Below are positions 27,773 to 37,812 of a stretch of DNA of 64,000 bases, piece after piece. The position numbers were made by a program, and so were the translations under genes. The number at the start of each line of letters is the position of its first letter. Positions within the stretch are counted from its first letter, which is position 1. Location: NCBI GenBank assembly GCA_963707275.1, contig CAVPPH010000009.1:133790-197789 (forward strand), read 5' to 3'. Source of the stretch: an uncultured Chloroflexia bacterium (lineage in GTDB: Bacteria; Chloroflexota; Anaerolineae; JAAEKA01). The notes beneath the pieces were generated by a model. That model ran no database searches. It saw nothing but the letters and a program-made list of their open reading frames with translations, and had not been told where the DNA came from.

Positions 27773-30700
27773 GCCTCGCGCAGCCACTCCGGTTCCTCCA
27801 ACGCGAACGGATTGTCGCTGTCCGTGGATGACGTGTCGTACTCTGCTTCCTCTTCAGCGACCCGGGTTGGTGCACTGAACGTAGCGACCGGTTTTGCGCC
27901 GCCGTTGGCGTTGACGAACTCCGGCTGGCTGGGCAGGCCGGCTGAGTTATCCGCATCGCCGCCCATATCGATGGCGCGCATCACGTAGTCCTGTACCTCG
28001 TCACAGATGACCGTCATCTGCTCGCCGCGCTTATCCGCCTTGCCGCGCACCAGTACGATCTTGTCCTGTTGCCACTTGTCGCGGGTTGCTTCCCATACCT
28101 TGGGGAACACCACCATGTCGCACTGACCTTGCAGGTCTTCCAGGGTGACGAAGGCCATCTTGGCGCCCTTCTTGGTGGTGATCTCGTTCATGCGCACCAC
28201 ATTGCCCGCCAGCACGACGTTCTTGCCGGCGTAGGTCTCGTCGATGTCGCCGCAAAAGCAGGTGATGATTCCGGTCAGATCGACTGTCATCTGCTGCAAG
28301 GGATGTGACGATACGAAGACGCCCAGCAACTCTTTTTCAAACGCCAGCCGCTCCTTGGGCGTCATCGGCGTGACGTCCTTGAGGCGCAGGCTGGCCGGCG
28401 CGGCTGCCGCGGCGCTGCCGAACAGGTCGAACATGGTGAGCTGACCTGCCTCTTCCGCCTCGTGGCCCGTCTTGCTGATGCCGATCATCTGGTCCATTGC
28501 TTCCAGCAGTTGCGCGCGGCGTCCAAACGCGTCCAGCGCGCCCACCTTGATCAGACATTCCAGCGCCTTCTTGCCCACCTTGCGCAGATCGACACGCTGG
28601 CAGAAGTCCTCCAGCGACTGGAATGCCCCGCCTTCCTGGCGGGCGTCGAGAATGGCCTGCACGGAGCCCTCGCCGACGTTCTTGATGGCAGCCAGGCCGT
28701 AGCGGATGGCTGCGCCCGGCGGGATCGGGAACGCGTAGCTGATGCGCGAATCCTTGCCCACCGGCGGTGGCATGTCGTCGCCATGCTGCTCGACCACGAA
28801 ATCCATGCCGCTGGCGTTGATGTCAGGCGCCAGTACCTCGATGCCCATGCGCCGCGAGTCGGTGATGTAGTAGGCGACTTTCTCGCTGTTGTTGCGTTCA
28901 ACTTGCAGCATGGCCGCCATGTATTCCAGCGGGTAGTGCGCCTTGAGGTAGGCCGTCTGCACGGTGATGACGGCGTAGTCGGCGGCGTGCGCCCGGTTGA
29001 AGCCGTAGCGCGGCAAAGCCCATCAACGCGTCCCAGATCGTGTCCGCTTCCTTGCGACTCAGGCCAACCTGCGTCCTGGACCCCGCCGCGAAGATCTCGC
29101 GATGCTGGATCAGCGTCTTCTCCGACTTCTTGCTGATGCCGCGGCGCACGTTGTCCGCTTCTGCAGCCGTGTAGCCGGCGATGTCGGTCAGGAGTCGGAT
29201 GACCTGTTCCTGGTAGACGCAGATTCCGTACGTCTCACCCAAGATCGGCTCCAGCACCGGATGCACGTATTCCGCTTCCTGACGGCCGTGCATCACCGCG
29301 ATGTAGTCGGGGATGAAGTCCATCGGGCCGGGGCGGTAGAGGCTGATGGCGGCCACGATGTGGTTGAATTCGCTGGGCTGCATGTCCTGCAGCATGCGGC
29401 GCAGGCCCGCGCCTTCGACCTGGAATACGCCTGACACCTCGCCGCTGGAGAGCAGCTTGTAGCTTTCCTCGTCGTCCAGCGGGATGTTGTCCAGGGTGAA
29501 CTCGATGCCGTGCCGCTCGCGGATGATCCGCGTCGCCTCGCGCATGACGGTCAGCGTCGACAGGCCCAGGAAATCGACCTTCAGCAGGCCGATGCTCTCG
29601 CAGATCGGAAACTCGAACTGCGTCACTGCTTCGGTGATCACCGCCTTCTGCGGACGCATCACCGGCAGGTAGGTCGATCAGCGGTTGGTCGGTGACGATG
29701 ACCGCCGCGGCGTGGGTGCTGGAATGCCGCGCCACACCTTCCAGCGCCATGGCGTTGTCCAGCAGTTCCCGGACGTAGTCCGTGCGCCTCGTACTCCGCG
29801 ACCATATCGGGAACGACCAGATCCAGCTTCTTCTCAGTCCCTGCCCAGCGCCTGCTCGATGGTTACCGGCTTGCCGGGAATGGCCGGGATCAGCTTGGCG
29901 ATCCGGTCCACCTCCTCCAGCGGCACATCCAGCGCCCGTCCCACATCGCGCACCGCTGCGCGCGCCTTCATGCGTCCAAAGCTGACGATCTGTGCCACGT
30001 GGTCCGCGCCGTACTTGTCGATGGTGTAGCGGATCATCTCCTCGCGCTGGTCGTCGGGGAAGTCGAGGTCGAAGTCGGGCATGGTGACGCGGCCCGGGTT
30101 CAGGAAGCGCTCGAACACCAGGTTGTTGACCAGCGGGTCGATACCGGTGATGCGCGACGGCGTAGGCCACGATCGAGCCGGCCCCGGAGCCGCGCACGTT
30201 GTACCAGATGCCGCGGCCGCGCGCGTACAGGCAGAGATCGGCGACGATCAGGAAGTAGACGTCGAAGCCCATCTGGTGGATGATCTTCAGCTCATGTTCC
30301 TTGCGCGCCTGCACATCTTCGTCGTCGGCGCGTGCCCCGTAGCGCCAACGCAGCCCCTCGTCGGTCATCTGGCGCAGATAGCTTTCGTAGGTGTGCCCGA
30401 CGGGGATGTCAATGTCGGGCAGGTGGTAGCTCCTGTCCTCCAGATCGACGTCGCACATCTCAGCGATGCGCAGCGTGTTGGTGAACGCGCTGTCGGGCAG
30501 GTTCGACCAGCGGTCGGAAGATGTCGCGCATCTCCTGGCCGCTTTTCAGGTAGTAGCTGCCCCCGGTCATGCGCATCCGGTCGTTGGCGCTCACCAGCGA
30601 GCCGGTCTGCACGCACAGCAGCACGTCGTGGTAAGCCGCGTCACGCGCCTCGACATAATGTACGTCGTTGGTCGCGATCATGCCCACGTCGTAGCGCGCC

Positions 30701-31355
30701 GACCAGTCGACCAGCGTCTTGTTGACCGTCTGCAGCGCCGGGATGTCGTGCTCCTGCAGTTCGATGAAGAAGCGATCCTTGCCGAACACGTCGAGGTACC
30801 AGTGCAGCCGATCCAGCGCCAGTCGCTCCTGGGGCAGCGCGCCGTTTTCCGGATTGAGCAGGCTGGGCAGCTCAGCCGCCAGACAGCCGGTGGTGCAAAT
30901 CAGCCCCTCGGCGTTGGCCGCCAGGTAGTCGGCGTCGATGCGCGGCTTGTAGTAATAGCCGTTGAGCTGCGCGTCGGAGCAGATCTTCAGCAGGTTTCGG
31001 TAGCCGGTCTGGTTCTGAGCCAGCAGCAGCAGGTGGTGGCGCTGCTTGTCGTCCACAGAGTCGCGGCCTGTCATCGGCCGGCCCCAGCGGGTCAGGTACG
31101 CTTCGACACCAATGACCGGACGGATGCCGGCCGAGCGGCAGGCGCGGAAGAATGGAATCACCCCATGCATGGTGCCGTGGTCGGTCAGGGCGAGCGCGGG
31201 CTGGCCCAGCGCCTTGGCGCGCTCCACCAGCTTGTCGACCCGACCCAGGCCGTCAAGTAGCGAAAACTCTGAGTGAACGTGAAGATGGACGAAATCGTCG
31301 GACTGGTTCATGAAATTAGCAAATCTATGGCAAAATGGGCGGGAAACGGGTCCAA

Positions 31356-31364
31356 ATTATACCA
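31356..31364 (-). promoter_or_regulatory. Extended -10 element TGGTATAAT upstream of dnaE
   Basis: The reverse complement of ATTATACCA. It lies about 45 nt upstream of the ATG at 31311. Confidence 0.45.
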
Positions 31365-31518
31365 CGGACACATTCCGTCCGCTAGCTGTCGCTGGCTACC
31401 TTCCTGCCAAAGGCTTGCGGATTTTAAGTTTGGCCATGGCGCGTTTGCCAGAAAAATGCGGCTGAAGCCTCGCTCCAGGGGGGAACAGCACTACAGAGAT
31501 CTTCGCCAACCAGTGAAC

Positions 31519-31548
31519 TTGACGTGCCGACAAGAGCGGGTGTATCTT
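31519..31548 (+). promoter_or_regulatory. Candidate promoter TTGACG - 18 nt - TATCTT
   Basis: Lies about 30 nt upstream of AAGGAGGTG and the start of the orphan gene. Confidence 0.3.
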
Positions 31549-31575
31549 AGTTGCCTGACTGTTCAGAGCAAGGAG

Positions 31576-33992
31576 GTGTTCACCATCATAGAATACATTG
31601 TAGCCAGTCCCGACAGCGATGAGTCGGTGCTGGACACGACCAATATCCCCCTGTTCCACGGCCTTTCGGTGCTCTCATACGACCTGTGCGAGTTGATCGC
31701 CGAGCAGGTCAGGGCCGAGTTCGCCGATATTTACATCCGTCGAGCGTTGAAACCGCGCGAGAACCCTGAGTTGATCGAAATCCTGGGAATTTCGCACGTC
31801 GCTGTGCGCGGCGAACTCGGCCCGATGGCAACCGCAATAGCCGATCCCGACCGGCTACACTACAGCCTGCGGACGGCATTGGGCACGCTGCATCAGGGCG
31901 ACCACCGCGCCAGCCTGTTTCCACAACAGGGCGAGCAGGCCAAAGCGCTGGTGCTTGACTTCGACGAGACTGGCACTGCCGGCATCAGCGGCCAGCGGCT
32001 GGTGATGGAGCAGCGCGGCGCAGCAGGCGACTCTTGGCTGGTCTTCACTGTCGAGGATCTGGCGAGCCCGCGCACCGATTTGGGCAGCCTGCCGCACATT
32101 CGGGTAGATCTGAACCAGTGGAGCTTCATCGTTGGTTCGACGCGCATTGCACTCAGCCTGCAAGCCTGGATTCGCCGCCAGGCTGAGCGCGGTCACCGCT
32201 CCGTCACCGAGCTGCGCAACCCCTACAGCCACATGTTCGCGCAACTGGCGAAGTATGAGTTCGCCGATCTGGATCGTGTCGCCGTTTACTGGACGGCCGA
32301 TCTGGTGCCGCGCATTCTGGAGAGCGAACCAAGAGAACTTGACCGCCTCCTCAAGCATGTACTGGTGGTTTTCGAAGATCGGCGGGTACGGCGCGTGCTG
32401 ACCGCCGGCCGGGTGCTGAATATCCTAAGCGACGACATGGTGCTGTACGTCAGCCTGTCACAGCTTGGCCGAGTGTTGAACCTGAGCCTGGGCGAGCGGC
32501 GACCAAAGGCCGACCTATCAGCCTATCTGGCGCGGATGCCCGCCACGACCGCACAGGTGGCAGCCGCCGAAGACCAGCAGCCGCTGGCAGGCATCAAGGT
32601 GTTTCTGATCCACCACATCACCGCTGAAGTGCTGGGGTTGATCGATGCGATACGTCAGCCTGGGGTGCACCGATTTGACGACCTTGTTCGTAGCTCTACA
32701 GCGGTGAAGTGCCGGATGACTACCTCAACGCGCTGCTGGAGTTGCCGGCCGGCGAGTTTCGCTGCCTGGCGCTGGACAATGTGCCGCAGGCGGGCACCGT
32801 CGAGGGCCGCTACGAGCTATCGAACCGCTACTCAGAGTTGCACGACCAGCAGGAGTTGGCGAAAAGCCTGGCGCGTGACCGGCTGCGCTATCTGGAAGCC
32901 ATGCAGACTGCGGCCGTGGCTGAGTTTTTCCGCCAACTGGCGCGTGCAACAGATAACGGACAGCGCTGCCTGATCGTCGAGGACGGCGGCTATCTGGCAC
33001 CCGCGCTGAACGACCATGCGTTGCAGCACAAGACGGTCGCCGAGCTTTTCGCGCAGTTTGGCATGTCGTCCCCCGACAGCCGGCCGCTGAGCGACGCGTT
33101 GACCGGCGCGCTGCTGGGCACGGTTGAGCATACCCGCAGCGGCTACGACCGACTGGCGCGCGTCGAAGAGCGCCACGGCCGGCTGTCGTTTCCGGCGCTC
33201 TCCATAGCTCGCTCCAACCTGAAAACGGAGACCGAGGCGCAGGACGTGGCCGACACCGTGCTCAACGCGATCGAGAACACCCTGCACGCAGCCGGCCAGA
33301 CGCTGAGCCGGCGCACCTGTCTGGTGATCGGATCGCGCGGCAACATCGGGCGCTGCCTGATGACCAGCCTGTCGGCGCGGCTGAAAGAGCCGGCCGCTCA
33401 GCTTTGCGGCGTCGATCTCAAGGCTGGCGCAGCGGACCCCGTCCGCTGGCTGGAGACTGACAGCTTTGCCGCGCTGCCTGAAATCCGCCGCCAGAAGCTT
33501 GACATGATCATCGGTGTGACGGGGACCAGCGTCTTGCAGCCGCAGGAACTGGAGCAGTGGCTCCTGACCACCGCCTCACAGCACTTGATTTTGGCGTCAG
33601 GATCGAGCAAAACGGTGGAGTTCGAGGCTGTATCGGTCTGGCTTGACATGCTGCTCACCGATCCCGCGCCCCGGCTGGGTGGCTTGCCAGCCACGGTCTC
33701 GTCTTATGAGTTCCTGGACCCGCAGAGCGGCAAGCCGTTTGGTCGCCGCATTCGCATTGAGATCGATGGCCCCGCGGGCGTGCTGCGCCGCGAGCTGGTG
33801 CTGCTCGCGAATCTAACCCCTGTTAATTTCATGTATTACGGTGTTCCCACCGAAGGAATCGACGCGGTTCTGGCGCAGTTGTTGGCCAGCTCGCTGACGC
33901 TGGTCGAGCTCACCCTGGCTGGCCAGCTGACGCCGCGTCTACACGCATTAGACCTGGACATCCAGGTTCCCATGGCTGGTGTCGATTTCTAG
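31576..33992 (+). pseudogene. Orphan ~800 aa protein: unknown N-terminal ~330 aa plus an adenosylhomocysteinase-like (SAHH-fold, Rossmann) C-terminal half. Two +1 frame breaks (~32655-32700).
   Basis: ORFs 31273-32973 and 32709-33992 join via a short middle frame (LGCTDLTTLFVAL). By eye the C-terminal half parallels SAHH blocks:
- PLAGIKVFLIHHITAEVLGLIDAIRQLGC
- IVEDGGYL (cf DDGGD)
- GTVEHTRSGYDRL (cf EETTTGV)
- LSFPALSIARSNLKTE
- CLVIGSRGNIGRCL (GxGxxG)
The start is uncertain: GTG 31576 or ATC 31585. Confidence 0.55.
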
Positions 33993-34019
33993 CCAGACTT
34001 TGTGGATCGGCGCAACTCT

Positions 34020-35114
34020 CTATCCATCGGTCCGGCGCACCAGATAGCGCGCTTCGCCCTGTACCGGCGCTGTCAGCCGCAGATACGGCTCACGCTGCAC
34101 GACCAGCACGGTCCAATACAGGTTGCCCATACGAAACTGTCCACTTTCGAACAGGGGATCGAGGTTGACCTCCTGCGAGGGCATTATGGTGGCAGGCGCT
34201 ATGCCGCGCGCCTGACCAGGATCCTGGTCAGGCGACCACACCACAATTTCGTAGGCTTGACCGTGCGCCAGTTGCCCTGCGGGACGCCATTCGAAGGTGG
34301 TCATGCCTGCCAGTCGTGCGTCCACCGGAGGGTTGATCAACTCGGGTGCGGTCGGTTTTGTTACAGCGGGCGACTGTGGCGTTGATGCAACGTGCAACGG
34401 TTGCGGCGTTGGAATAGCGGACAGAACCGCCCGAACGGTTGGTACTGGAGTCCGGGCAGGCGCCGCATCGAGCCGGCGGGCAGGCGGCGGTGACTGAAGC
34501 GTGGCGGCAAAGATTGTCCCAACAGGCTGCGGTGTGACGGGAGGAGTCGGCGAGAGGTACTGTTGTGCGGAGACGGCTTGCATAGGTCCCAACGTGCCAC
34601 TTGGCCCGCGCTCCACGGGGATAGTCACGACTAAGGTCGGTGATTGGCGCACGGTCAGTACCTCTGCCGGGACGACACTGGCGGCTGTAGCAATTGTTGC
34701 GGCCCTACGTTCGTCCCACCGCGGTACGTCAACTGTCGTCGGCGTGGCATCTGCCGCTGGCGGCATTGATTGGCTCACCAGCAACTGAGTAACTGGGGTG
34801 ACCGTATCCAGAACAACATAGGCCGTTATGGTGCCGCCGCCGACAGGTTCTCGTTTTTCGACGGCAGGGGTGTTCCCAGTCGTTGAGGGGGTGGGCGAAG
34901 GCTCTAACGTGACTGTTGCCGTCGCGGACGGTGCAGGCGTGAACCAAGCTTCTGCGACAGAATCGGATCCGGCCGGTCGTTTGTCGCTGAGTGACGGCAG
35001 GCCAAGGCCGATCAAAGCCGCCAGGGCAATTACAATGGCAATCAACGTCGCAGTGGAGCGGACGCTACTCTTTTCGAGATACATCGGTGTTTCCAATTCA
35101 CAAAGGCGATGCAT
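34020..35114 (-). CDS. Membrane-anchored Pro/Thr-rich hypothetical protein
   Basis: Single TM (LIAIVIALAALIGLGL), a long PT-rich region and a C-terminal globular part (FEWRPAGQLAHGQAYEIVVWSPDQDP). The start may instead be ATG 35084. Confidence 0.55.
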   Translation of the reverse strand: MHRLCELETPMYLEKSSVRSTATLIAIVIALAALIGLGLPSLSDKRPAGSDSVAEAWFTPAPSATATVTLEPSPTPSTTGNTPAVEKREPVGGGTITAYVVLDTVTPVTQLLVSQSMPPAADATPTTVDVPRWDERRAATIATAASVVPAEVLTVRQSPTLVVTIPVERGPSGTLGPMQAVSAQQYLSPTPPVTPQPVGTIFAATLQSPPPARRLDAAPARTPVPTVRAVLSAIPTPQPLHVASTPQSPAVTKPTAPELINPPVDARLAGMTTFEWRPAGQLAHGQAYEIVVWSPDQDPGQARGIAPATIMPSQEVNLDPLFESGQFRMGNLYWTVLVVQREPYLRLTAPVQGEARYLVRRTDG

Positions 35115-35443
35115 CGGCGGTGCATCGCAGAGGGCTTAAGCAGGATCAGTCTGAAGGCGCGTTACAACACTATTGACGTAGATTTCACATTCACGTTACG
35201 GGCAGACCGAGATTTTCCCACAGATTGCGCATAGTTCTGTTTTCAAGCACCCAAACAATTCAGCCCGGACTGACTATTCCTTCATGGCGTGTACGGGGAG
35301 GTAACAGTTCGCGGGCAAGACGGTCGATCCTTCAATGCTCGGCTTGAGCAGTCATCTCGCGTCTACGATTCTGGCGCAGACACAGCCGAGCTTGAAACGG
35401 CCAGCGTAGCGACAACTGTGCGATTGCTCTGAATTTCATTATT

Positions 35444-36619
35444 ATGGAAATCTCACAACCACTCACCGCGGCCGAACGCGAGGACTTTCGCCATCTCTTT
35501 GAGAAGCGCCTAGCCAAGGTCGATGCCAGGACCGCTGACGTATTTGCGTTCAAAAAGACCGCTGCACCGCCGTTCATGGTGAACAGCGCGCTTTACTGGG
35601 TGTTTGGTCTGGACACGGACACGCTACCTGCTGACTATTTCGATAGTCCGGCGGCGATGACCAACTTCCAGGAGCAAACCTATTACGAGCAGGTGAAGTC
35701 CATCGATGACGATTTCGTGCCATATTTGATGCCCTGGTTCGGCACGGTGGTGGCCGCGTCGGCCTTTGGCTGCCAGATCGAGTATCCGCCCAAGGCCGAT
35801 CCGGCGGCCAACCCGCGCTACTACCCTGTGCGCACGCCTGAAGACATCAAGGAACTGCGCGTGCCCGACCCCGAGCGGGATGGGCTGATGCCAAAGGTGC
35901 TCGAGTTCCTGCGTTACATGAAGGCCAACAGCTTTCTTCCGGTCGGCATCACCGATTTTCAGGGTCCGCTGACTACCGCCAACCAGTTGCTTGGATACGA
36001 CAAGCTGATCTACCTGATGTTCGACCACCCGGCGCTGATGCATCAACTGATGGATGTCGTCACCGAGGCGCTGATTCTGTGGGTCAAGAAGCAGAAAGAG
36101 GTCATTGGCGAGCCGTTGACCGAGTGTATCGGAGACCAGCAGGTTTATACTGGCAAGAATGCAGGCGTCTGGTTCTCCGACGACGACGCGGTGCTGATGT
36201 CGCCCGAAACCTATCGTGAGTTCGTGGTACCATACAATTCGCGTATTCTGACGGCGTTCGGCGGCGGCTGCATCCACTACTGCGGCAACGCAACCCACCA
36301 TGCTGACAGTTTTCTGGCGACCGAAGGTTTAAAGGCACTGAATATCTACAACCTGTACAACATCCCGTCGGTGGCCAAGCTGCAACAGAAGCTACGTGAC
36401 CAGGTTGTGCTCTTTGTCTGCGATTTCACGCCGGTCGATTATGAGGCGTATTTCGACGAGATGCTGGCAACGCTCTCGCTTGAGGGTGTTGTGATCTGCT
36501 CGCAGTTCTCGCCGACTGTCGGTCTGCTCAAGGGCGGGCGCTACGAGTCGGTGACTCGCGACACCAGATCGGGCCGCAAGGCAACGTACGACTATCTGCG
36601 CAGCCGCCTGCCCGAATAG
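35444..36619 (+). CDS. Uroporphyrinogen decarboxylase (URO-D) family protein
   Basis: 391 aa, intact. Motif: FVPYLMPWFGTVVAASAFGCQIEYP. Confidence 0.75.
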   Translation: MEISQPLTAAEREDFRHLFEKRLAKVDARTADVFAFKKTAAPPFMVNSALYWVFGLDTDTLPADYFDSPAAMTNFQEQTYYEQVKSIDDDFVPYLMPWFGTVVAASAFGCQIEYPPKADPAANPRYYPVRTPEDIKELRVPDPERDGLMPKVLEFLRYMKANSFLPVGITDFQGPLTTANQLLGYDKLIYLMFDHPALMHQLMDVVTEALILWVKKQKEVIGEPLTECIGDQQVYTGKNAGVWFSDDDAVLMSPETYREFVVPYNSRILTAFGGGCIHYCGNATHHADSFLATEGLKALNIYNLYNIPSVAKLQQKLRDQVVLFVCDFTPVDYEAYFDEMLATLSLEGVVICSQFSPTVGLLKGGRYESVTRDTRSGRKATYDYLRSRLPE

Positions 36620-36649
36620 ACAATCCAGAAGAAACTCTCGGAGGCAACG

Positions 36650-37807
36650 ATGAATTCTCGCGAACGCGTGCAAATGGCGCTCAACCATCAGGAGCCTGAT
36701 AAGATTCCGTTCGACCTCGGCGGCACACCGATGTCAGGCATTCACCATATCGCGTACAAAAATCTGCGCCAGTATCTTGGACTGCCCGACGAGGAGATCA
36801 AGATCAGCGACTACATCCAGCTTCTGGCCGCGGTCAGCGACGATATGAAGGACCGGCTGCAGGTGGATATCCACAACATCGCGCCGCGATCTTCCGCCGC
36901 CTACAACCTGGGCTTTGAGATCGACGGCGACTATTCGACCTATGTTGATGAGTGGGGAATCGGCTGGCGCAGCCCGCTGGAGGGCGGCCTGTATTACGAC
37001 ATGTACTCCTGGCCGCTGGCGCCGTATGACAGCGTCGAGGCGATCAAGCAGAATTACAAGTGGCCGGATCCCACCGATCCCAACCGATTCGCCGGACTGC
37101 GCGCGGCCGCGTTGAAGACCATCGAGCAGGGGCGCGCGGTGGTAATCGGCTCCATCTCGGCCGGCGTGTCTGAGATGCATGCCTGGACACGCGGCTTCGA
37201 GAAGTACTTCACCGACTTCTACCTCTACCCGGACGTGGCCGAGTACATCATGGATGAGGTCGTGGATCTCAAGATCGCCTTCTGGGAGCGAGCGCTGCAA
37301 GAGGTTGGCGACCTGGTGGACGTGGTGATCGAGGCCGATGACCTGGCCGGGCAGAAGAACCTGTTTTTCTCGCGCGACATGTATCGCCGCTACATCAAGC
37401 CGCGTCACACTCGCCTGTTTTCCTACATCAAGTCGCGCACGGACGCCAAGCTCTTCTATCATTGCGACGGCGCGCTGCTGCCGATTCTGTGGGACCTCAA
37501 GGAGTCGGGCATCGACATCCTGAACCCGCTGCAGAAAAGCGCTGCCGGCATCGATTACGTCGCGATCAAGAAGGAATACGGCAAGGATCTCTGCTTCTGG
37601 GGCGCTGGCGTGGATACGCAGCGTGTTTTTGACGAAGGCACGCCAGACGAAGTGCGCGCCGATGTGCGCTACAACATCGAAGCCTTGGCGCCTGGCGGCG
37701 GTTTCATTTTCACCCCGATCCACAACACGCAGGCTACCGTTCCACCGGAAAACTATATGGCGATGTGGGAAACACTACAGGAGTACGCCGAATACAGCGG
37801 CGCGTAG
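36650..37807 (+). CDS. Uroporphyrinogen decarboxylase (URO-D) family protein, paralog
   Basis: 385 aa, intact. Motif: RERVQMALNHQEPDKIPFDLGGTPMSGIH. Confidence 0.75.
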   Translation: MNSRERVQMALNHQEPDKIPFDLGGTPMSGIHHIAYKNLRQYLGLPDEEIKISDYIQLLAAVSDDMKDRLQVDIHNIAPRSSAAYNLGFEIDGDYSTYVDEWGIGWRSPLEGGLYYDMYSWPLAPYDSVEAIKQNYKWPDPTDPNRFAGLRAAALKTIEQGRAVVIGSISAGVSEMHAWTRGFEKYFTDFYLYPDVAEYIMDEVVDLKIAFWERALQEVGDLVDVVIEADDLAGQKNLFFSRDMYRRYIKPRHTRLFSYIKSRTDAKLFYHCDGALLPILWDLKESGIDILNPLQKSAAGIDYVAIKKEYGKDLCFWGAGVDTQRVFDEGTPDEVRADVRYNIEALAPGGGFIFTPIHNTQATVPPENYMAMWETLQEYAEYSGA

Positions 37808-37812
37808 AGAGC

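Larger units (their letters stand above)
27307..31311 (-). pseudogene. dnaE: DNA polymerase III alpha subunit (replicative DnaE), six +1 frame breaks, low-complexity insertions in the C-terminal region
   Basis: Fragments chain as follows: [18 protein letters not shown], then [108 protein letters not shown]...FQVEG...[19 protein letters not shown] and an OB fold. Frame arithmetic goes 0->2->1->0->2->1->0. Confidence 0.9.

Noticed and set aside
31312-31575. The AT-richer 260-nt divergent region between dnaE and the orphan gene as a riboswitch or ncRNA
   Set aside because: I could not recognise any known RNA family structure. The region is adequately explained by two divergent promoter/UTR regions.
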